Source: a virus
Lineage: Duplodnaviria > Caudoviricetes
Length of the DNA: 50,988 nucleotides
Reading direction: 5' to 3' (one strand)
Virus record (IMG/VR): IMGVR_UViG_3300023442_000003
Coordinates: 1-50,988 of that record
Shown: positions 46,297 to 50,988 of the stretch, piece by piece
How the letters are laid out: the number at the start of each line of letters is the position of its first letter
How positions within the stretch are numbered: position 1 is the first letter of the stretch
Translations under genes and position numbers: made by a program
The notes under the pieces: model-generated
Seen by the model: only the letters and a program-made list of their open reading frames with translations
Told to the model about the DNA's origin: nothing
Databases searched by the model: none

Positions 46297-48726
46297 TCAG
46301 ACTCCTTTCAGCCCAATGGGCGTCTCAGCCAGCTTTATGGCGCGCAGCCGCACTGCAGCGGATACTTCCACCTCGAAGTTATCCGCCTTGTATCCTGCCG
46401 GGAGCCGGAAAGCCGTGCCGCCCGTGACGGTGTTCGTATACAACAGCGTGCCGTCCGCCCAGAACTTGAATACTACCCCGCCGCCAGTACTCCACAGCGC
46501 TGTGGATGTGCCCCACACGTCAGTAGACGCGCCCCATACGAGGGACAGATTGCTGAAATCAGCCAGAACCTGTGCCGCACCCATGTTTATCGGTGCTGGG
46601 GTTGTCAGTACCTTGGACTTCCAACGGAACGTCTGCGAAGACTGCGCGGGGTCGTCCCACTGGTATACGCTCCCGGCAGTTCCGTGCGTGAAATACATGG
46701 CATTGGTCTCAGCGTCATACCATGTTGCCGTTGGCGCAACGGATGTCGTGAGGTCAACAAAGAAGCCCCCGGCCTGCTGGTCGCGCTCGAAACTGATCCC
46801 CCCGGCGTCGTGCCATGCCAGATAGCTGTCCTTGTATGCCGCCGCGACAAGCGTTGTCGGGTCCAGATCGGCGTTCCATGTGTCGCTGTTGTACACAGCC
46901 TTGGTGAGAAGCTGCGGCCCCGAAGTCGTCGAGTACAGCACCAGCCCATCGTGCGTGGCGTACACTACCCCGAAGCCCATGTTGACCATACTGCGCTTGT
47001 TGAGGCAGGGGTAGAGTGCGTCAATGCGCGTCGTATTCAGGACCGCCGGATCGCCCCCGGCCACGAGGTACGGGTAGGACTCCGTTGCCACGAACAAGTA
47101 CCCGGACGCCGCTGACAGGCCAACTATGCCATAGGGTATGGTGATCTTGTATCGACGCGGCCACGCATGAAATTCCCCCGGCTCGGAGAAATACAGTTCA
47201 TTCCCGACAAACCCGACCAGCACATTGTTGTTGTACACCACAAGCCCGTCGAGACCAGCCGGCGGTGGCTCGTAATCGTCGGTATTGAGCGAGTTCAGCA
47301 AGCTCGCAACGGCGAAATCGTCAGTGAAGTCATATGACCCATCGCCCCAATACCGCGCGGGCGTTACCCCCGGCGTCTCGGATACATCGTGGTACAGCGT
47401 CCCCGCAGTGACCGGTGCAGTAGCTGTGGCCGACCCGGACGACGCATATGTGAAAGTGCTGGCATCTGGCGTGCTGAGTACGACGCCGCCGGAGACATCG
47501 AACGACGCATCGCTGCAACTACCAACCTTGAAGTAGTCGCCGACCGTCAGGTTATGCGGATACGCCGTTGTCACCGTTGCCGTGCTGCCGCTGCGCTGGA
47601 CCGTAGACAACCCTGTGGGAAACCACAGGGTCGCGAGGCGCAGGTAGGCCGTGTCCGAGGTGGACGACAGGGTGCGGTACAGGCGCAGCCCACGTATCTG
47701 GTTCTTCCCGGATGGCGCTGCTGTCGGCAGCCCGCTCACAGTAACGACTTGGCCCTCCTTTATGAACAACGCGTCAGCCGGGTCAGAGCCGACCGACTCT
47801 TCACTCCACGGCGTGAACCACGTATATAGGTATGTCCGCGCGGTAGTCGCGCCAGACAGGTCTATCTTGCCGTCTGTACTGGCCGTTGTAGCCACTTGGA
47901 AATCGGAGCTGAGGTAAGTGATCGTCGTAGCATCAATGACAGTAACAGCCACCGTTGGCGTGTTGAACCCAGAAATGTCCCACTCGATAGTCCCTGTTGC
48001 CGTGGTAGAAGTCGCCATGGTGACAGTGAACGTATTCACATCGGGCACAGTGACAACGGTGTACGCACTGCTGGCCGTGCCCCCGGAAGTTTGCGTAAGA
48101 ACCACGCGCGCGCCGACAGCCAGCCCATGGGCAGTTATCGTGACCGTCATGGTCGTGCCGGATTGGCTGTATGTCCCCGTCACCACGGTAAACCCGCTCA
48201 CCGTGATGAACGCCCCGGTCTTGAGGCCGTGCGCAGTGCCTGTAACGAGCGTCACCATACCGCCTGCGTCACGGGCATAGGAGGCCGTTGTCACCGTGGT
48301 GAAGGACGCCGCAGAAGTGGTCGGTGTCTGCGTAGGAAGCGGAAGCCCGAGGTCGTAGTAATCTGCCGGGTAAGGCGCAGCACCCGCCGTCGCCAGAGCA
48401 TATGTCGAGACCTTCGGGGCGCCGTCCCCTGTGTAGTAGAACCGCTGCTCACTCGAAGTCTGCGCTGCTGCCGGTGTCGCAATATCTACCCCGGTCGTCC
48501 ATGCCAGCCAGCGCAGCGTATTATCCGTTGGGTCGCGCAGCGCGTATAGCGCCTTGGGGGTGCTCAGCAGACCGTGGGAAGCTACGATGGCCGGCTGCGG
48601 GTAGGGGATGATGTCACCGGAATACAGCTTCGCATCCTCAGCGACCTGCGCAGCCTTGTCCGGCAGCAACTCAGGCGCCATGCGCGGCGCTTTGCCGAGA
48701 AACTTATCCAGCCTTATCGCGACCAT
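46297..48726 (-). CDS. Tail nozzle / tail tubular protein B-like stabilisation protein
   Basis: F.G.APR..P.LLP...AQ N-terminus, GF.GNE.YFSEP...HAWP..Y and W.SK motifs, plus three inserted T..H.L..G modules. Confidence 0.78.
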   Translation of the reverse strand: MVAIRLDKFLGKAPRMAPELLPDKAAQVAEDAKLYSGDIIPYPQPAIVASHGLLSTPKALYALRDPTDNTLRWLAWTTGVDIATPAAAQTSSEQRFYYTGDGAPKVSTYALATAGAAPYPADYYDLGLPLPTQTPTTSAASFTTVTTASYARDAGGMVTLVTGTAHGLKTGAFITVSGFTVVTGTYSQSGTTMTVTITAHGLAVGARVVLTQTSGGTASSAYTVVTVPDVNTFTVTMATSTTATGTIEWDISGFNTPTVAVTVIDATTITYLSSDFQVATTASTDGKIDLSGATTARTYLYTWFTPWSEESVGSDPADALFIKEGQVVTVSGLPTAAPSGKNQIRGLRLYRTLSSTSDTAYLRLATLWFPTGLSTVQRSGSTATVTTAYPHNLTVGDYFKVGSCSDASFDVSGGVVLSTPDASTFTYASSGSATATAPVTAGTLYHDVSETPGVTPARYWGDGSYDFTDDFAVASLLNSLNTDDYEPPPAGLDGLVVYNNNVLVGFVGNELYFSEPGEFHAWPRRYKITIPYGIVGLSAASGYLFVATESYPYLVAGGDPAVLNTTRIDALYPCLNKRSMVNMGFGVVYATHDGLVLYSTTSGPQLLTKAVYNSDTWNADLDPTTLVAAAYKDSYLAWHDAGGISFERDQQAGGFFVDLTTSVAPTATWYDAETNAMYFTHGTAGSVYQWDDPAQSSQTFRWKSKVLTTPAPINMGAAQVLADFSNLSLVWGASTDVWGTSTALWSTGGGVVFKFWADGTLLYTNTVTGGTAFRLPAGYKADNFEVEVSAAVRLRAIKLAETPIGLKGV

Positions 48727-48833
48727 GGCTGCTTGTACCACATATTCCCGGGGATGGAAGCAAATTAGCACTTGCTGTGCAAGTAGACATACTATACGCT
48801 GCTAGTTGTTGGCGAGCATCTTAGGAGGGCAAC

Positions 48834-48914
48834 ATGAACAACGGGTGGTGGATCATACCCGGACTGTGCCTGTCGCTGGCATTCTGGACGGCGCTGCTGT
48901 GGTGGCTGTTGTGA
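48834..48914 (+). CDS. 26-aa Trp-rich membrane peptide
   Basis: AGGAGG RBS; MNNGWWIIPGLCLSLAFWTALLWWLL*. Confidence 0.5.
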   Translation: MNNGWWIIPGLCLSLAFWTALLWWLL

Positions 48915-48933
48915 CTGCCATCGGGAAGATTAC

Positions 48934-49008
48934 GGCATGGGTACTGGCTGGGCCAGCGGCGGTTTGCAAAACCGTTCGCAAAGGGTTCGATTCCCTCCCA
49001 TGCCTCCA
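48934..49008 (+). tRNA. tRNA-Cys(GCA), atypical fold
   Basis: GGCATGGG/CCCATGCC acceptor stem, anticodon arm GCGGT-TTGCAAA-ACCGT, GGTTCGATTCC T-loop, discriminator T, encoded CCA. Confidence 0.8.
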
Positions 49009-49309
49009 TATCGGATGGCGTCCGCGTTTTTATGTCATGCTGTATTTCCCGTGGTACAGAGAGCAGCATGACGACCGCATATTCAAATGGTCGAACGTAT
49101 GGATGTTGCCCGAGGAACATGAACGGCTGCTCTTCCCCGATAACACCCGGCAGCTTTACGCCCAAGAGCTAGCGAAAGCTGCGTTCAACGACGCGTATAA
49201 GCCATCAGAAATAGCAATATACCTCGCGAAAGACTGCATCGTGCACTACAGGCACCTTGCTGAGAGCCATAAAACCGAGGCTATCGAGGCCCGAAAAGAG
49301 GTGTCGGCA

Positions 49310-49504
49310 ATGAAGCGGCAAAAAAGAAAGCCCGTTCGAAAAACCGTCTTGGGGTCGCACATAGCATCAGCGAAGGCGCTGGAAACCCAACTTGCCAAGT
49401 ACGGGCTGCACGCGGAGGCGGAAACAATAGCGCGGCTACGCCGAAGTGCGGAAGCTCTCTCGGCCTTGCCCAGCCATTTGGAGCGAGCCACCCACAACAT
49501 CTGA
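49310..49504 (+). CDS. Hypothetical basic protein (may start upstream at 49037)
   Basis: GAGGTG RBS before ATG 49310; its 3' end overlaps the first array unit. Confidence 0.45.
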   Translation: MKRQKRKPVRKTVLGSHIASAKALETQLAKYGLHAEAETIARLRRSAEALSALPSHLERATHNI

Positions 49505-49723
49505 GCGAGCCACTCAATATGAGAACCCCATGGCAACAAAGCGAGCCATTTGCCTTGAGCCACCCACTACACCTGAGCGAGCCACACCTAGCGAGAAACC
49601 CACTACATATGAGCGAGCCAGCTACGAAGATACGCCCATCGCACCGGAGCGAGCCGACATACATGAGAACCCCAACCCTCCAGAGCGAGCCAATTGGACC
49701 GAGACACCCCAGAGGAGCGAGCG
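49472..49723 (+). ncRNA. TIGR-like tandem interspaced guide RNA array, 7 x 36 nt
   Basis: Seven units of consensus AGCCA-N8-GAGNNNCCCA-N8-GAGCG at an exact 36-nt period (49472, 49508, 49544, 49580, 49616, 49652, 49688). The array begins and ends on complementary halves of the edge repeat. Confidence 0.8.
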
Positions 49724-49725
49724 AC

Positions 49726-50058
49726 ATGACCAGAGATGAAGCGATCCGGGCAAGCATTACGCATTGGCGCGAGGTTGAGAAAACGGACGATCCGTTTGTT
49801 CGCATAGGCGTGGGCGACTGTGCGTTGTGCGAGAAGTACCTTGATACCGGGTGCGACACTTGCCCACTCGGAAAAGCCGGTTATGGATGCCGCACCAACG
49901 CAAGCCCATATATCCGCGCCAACAAGGCGTCGTGGGGCTGGCGCCACAGCGGCACTAAGACTGCCAAAGCGAATTTCCATGCTGCCGCCAGAGCCATGCT
50001 AGAGACACTGGAAGGGCGAACAAAGGACAGACGACATGGACGGGTAGCACAATGGTAG
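49726..50058 (+). CDS. Cys-rich hypothetical protein
   Basis: GAGGAG RBS inside the last array unit; CALC...CDTCP...C motif; the stop lies within the 5' end of the tRNA. Confidence 0.6.
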   Translation: MTRDEAIRASITHWREVEKTDDPFVRIGVGDCALCEKYLDTGCDTCPLGKAGYGCRTNASPYIRANKASWGWRHSGTKTAKANFHAAARAMLETLEGRTKDRRHGRVAQW

Positions 50059-50112
50059 TGCGCTGCGCTCATAACGCATCGGTTGCAGGTTCGAGTCCTG
50101 CCCCGTCCACCA
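50038..50112 (+). tRNA. tRNA with CAT anticodon (elongator Met or Ile2)
   Basis: GGACGGG/CCCGTCC acceptor, GCAC/GTGC D-stem, CTCATAA loop, GCAGG-TTCGAGT-CCTGC, ACCA end. A paired 1:72 argues against an initiator tRNA. Confidence 0.92.
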
Positions 50113-50191
50113 ATTGAAGCGGCGGCAATGGTGCCACCGTACTCCGCCGGGCTTCGTGAGTGCGGCCCGGCGGGGAAGGAAAGGGACAGAC

Positions 50192-50389
50192 ATGACCGAT
50201 AACATCTGGTCCACCGTTGCCGCCATCAGCACCGCCCGCGCGGAAGAGCGTCGGTGGGATGCCAAGTTTGACGACCTAGTGCGCCGGGCGCGGAACGGCG
50301 AACGCAATCTGGAATGCGCCGGGGCCATGTGTGTCGGCGCGTGGAAAGCCGCCCGAAATATCCGGGTGCAATTGGGGGAAAACGAATGA
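50192..50389 (+). CDS. Hypothetical protein
   Basis: Purine-rich RBS before ATG 50192; ATGA-coupled to the next gene. Confidence 0.55.
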   Translation: MTDNIWSTVAAISTARAEERRWDAKFDDLVRRARNGERNLECAGAMCVGAWKAARNIRVQLGENE

Positions 50390-50775
50390 CTAGCAACGTG
50401 TATGGATACTGCCCTTTCTGCGGGGCCGAAGTCTACGCCCGCGAACGTCGCCCGAATGGGAACGATTGGTGCGGTAATGACCACACTTACCCGAGCACCC
50501 AATCCTTGAGTGAAAAACCGTTGGGAATGACGCAGGATGCTGCTTGCGATGTGTGCGGGCACGCCGTGATGATAGATGTCGTGGTTGCCAATGACGTATG
50601 GGCGGCGATAAGCCCCTCTGGCGATGAGCACGGGTATCTGTGCGCAAACTGCATGGTCGAGGCCATCGCCGAGAAATACAAATGGCCCAGCGTCAGGCTG
50701 TTGAGCAGCCGTGACGACCACAAAAAACCCCGCCTGACGCAAGCCGGGCGGGGAGTTGGAACAGGAAAAAACTGA
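50386..50775 (+). CDS. Zinc-ribbon hypothetical protein
   Basis: CPFCG...C.N.H, CDVCG and LCANC motifs. Confidence 0.55.
   Translation: MTSNVYGYCPFCGAEVYARERRPNGNDWCGNDHTYPSTQSLSEKPLGMTQDAACDVCGHAVMIDVVVANDVWAAISPSGDEHGYLCANCMVEAIAEKYKWPSVRLLSSRDDHKKPRLTQAGRGVGTGKN
50722..50753 (-). terminator. Rho-independent terminator (minus strand)
   Basis: Minus strand CCCCGCCCGG-CTTGCG-TCAGGCGGGG-TTTTTT, downstream of the partial minus-strand ORF. Confidence 0.7.
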
Positions 50776-50825
50776 GAAGTCTAAGGCCCTTTCCTAGTTG
50801 TCGCACCTGCACCCCGGTGCCGGGA

Positions 50826-50988
50826 TCACTCGCCGGTTTTCTCCGGCATTGGCGGCTGGGGTGGGGCATAAGGCTCAAACTCCCCGGCAGACTTGAACGG
50901 CAGTTTGATCCGCGCTTTCACCCCCGCCTGTCCCGCCTCGAAGTTCTGCCCGGCCATGCTCAGGCAGGAGCGCATGTCAGGCGACGTG
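50826..50988 (-). CDS. C-terminal fragment of a gene entering from beyond the window
   Basis: Open frame ...DMRSCLSMAGQNFEAG...PPQPPMPEKTGE* followed by a terminator. Confidence 0.45.
   Translation of the reverse strand, partial: TSPDMRSCLSMAGQNFEAGQAGVKARIKLPFKSAGEFEPYAPPQPPMPEKTGE

Noticed and set aside
34339-47115. Many long plus-strand ORFs opposite the virion genes
   Set aside because: Antisense shadows expected in high-GC coding DNA; no motifs or RBS.
48806-49036. N-terminal part of the 232-aa ORF
   Set aside because: It overlaps a tRNA-Cys and a better-supported 26-aa ORF with an AGGAGG RBS.
49472-49723. CRISPR array
   Set aside because: Repeats of about 10 nt and spacers of about 8 nt are far too short, and two repeat types alternate.
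49446-49739. 12-aa repeat protein (ERAxxxExP) as the explanation of the 36-nt array
   Set aside because: Repeat nucleotides are nearly invariant including third positions (GAG CGA GCC), there is no good RBS, other frames are open as well, and the boundaries fall on half-repeats. Disfavoured, not excluded.

Overview
The window is most of a GC-rich, podovirus-like dsDNA phage genome with no RNA polymerase, integrase or host genes visible. The minus-strand late block (1-15235) holds terminase, portal, scaffold, capsid, adaptors, two tail spikes and the start of a lysis cassette. A repeat-rich, AT-rich non-coding zone follows (about 15.3-17.6 kb). The plus-strand early/replication block (17.6-34.6 kb) encodes a MoxR-like AAA+ ATPase, a metallopeptidase-VWA protein, PolA, Cas4-like and VRR-NUC nucleases, an SNF2 helicase, an SSB-like protein and a primase-helicase. 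A second minus-strand virion block spans 34.5-48.7 kb, and a small plus-strand island (48.8-50.8 kb) carries two tRNAs. Two features stand out. (1) Seven exact 36-nt dual-repeat/dual-spacer units (49472-49723) have the architecture of a TIGR guide-RNA array, but no Nop-domain Tas gene is recognisable in the window. (2) Five paralogous mini-cassettes each encode a conserved-leader, hypervariable Gly-rich (mostly Gly/Tyr) peptide. Each starts exactly on an upstream TGA stop, and four end in a shared RBS that drives the next gene of the AAA/VWA operon. All protein family calls come from motif recognition by eye, not from database searches.
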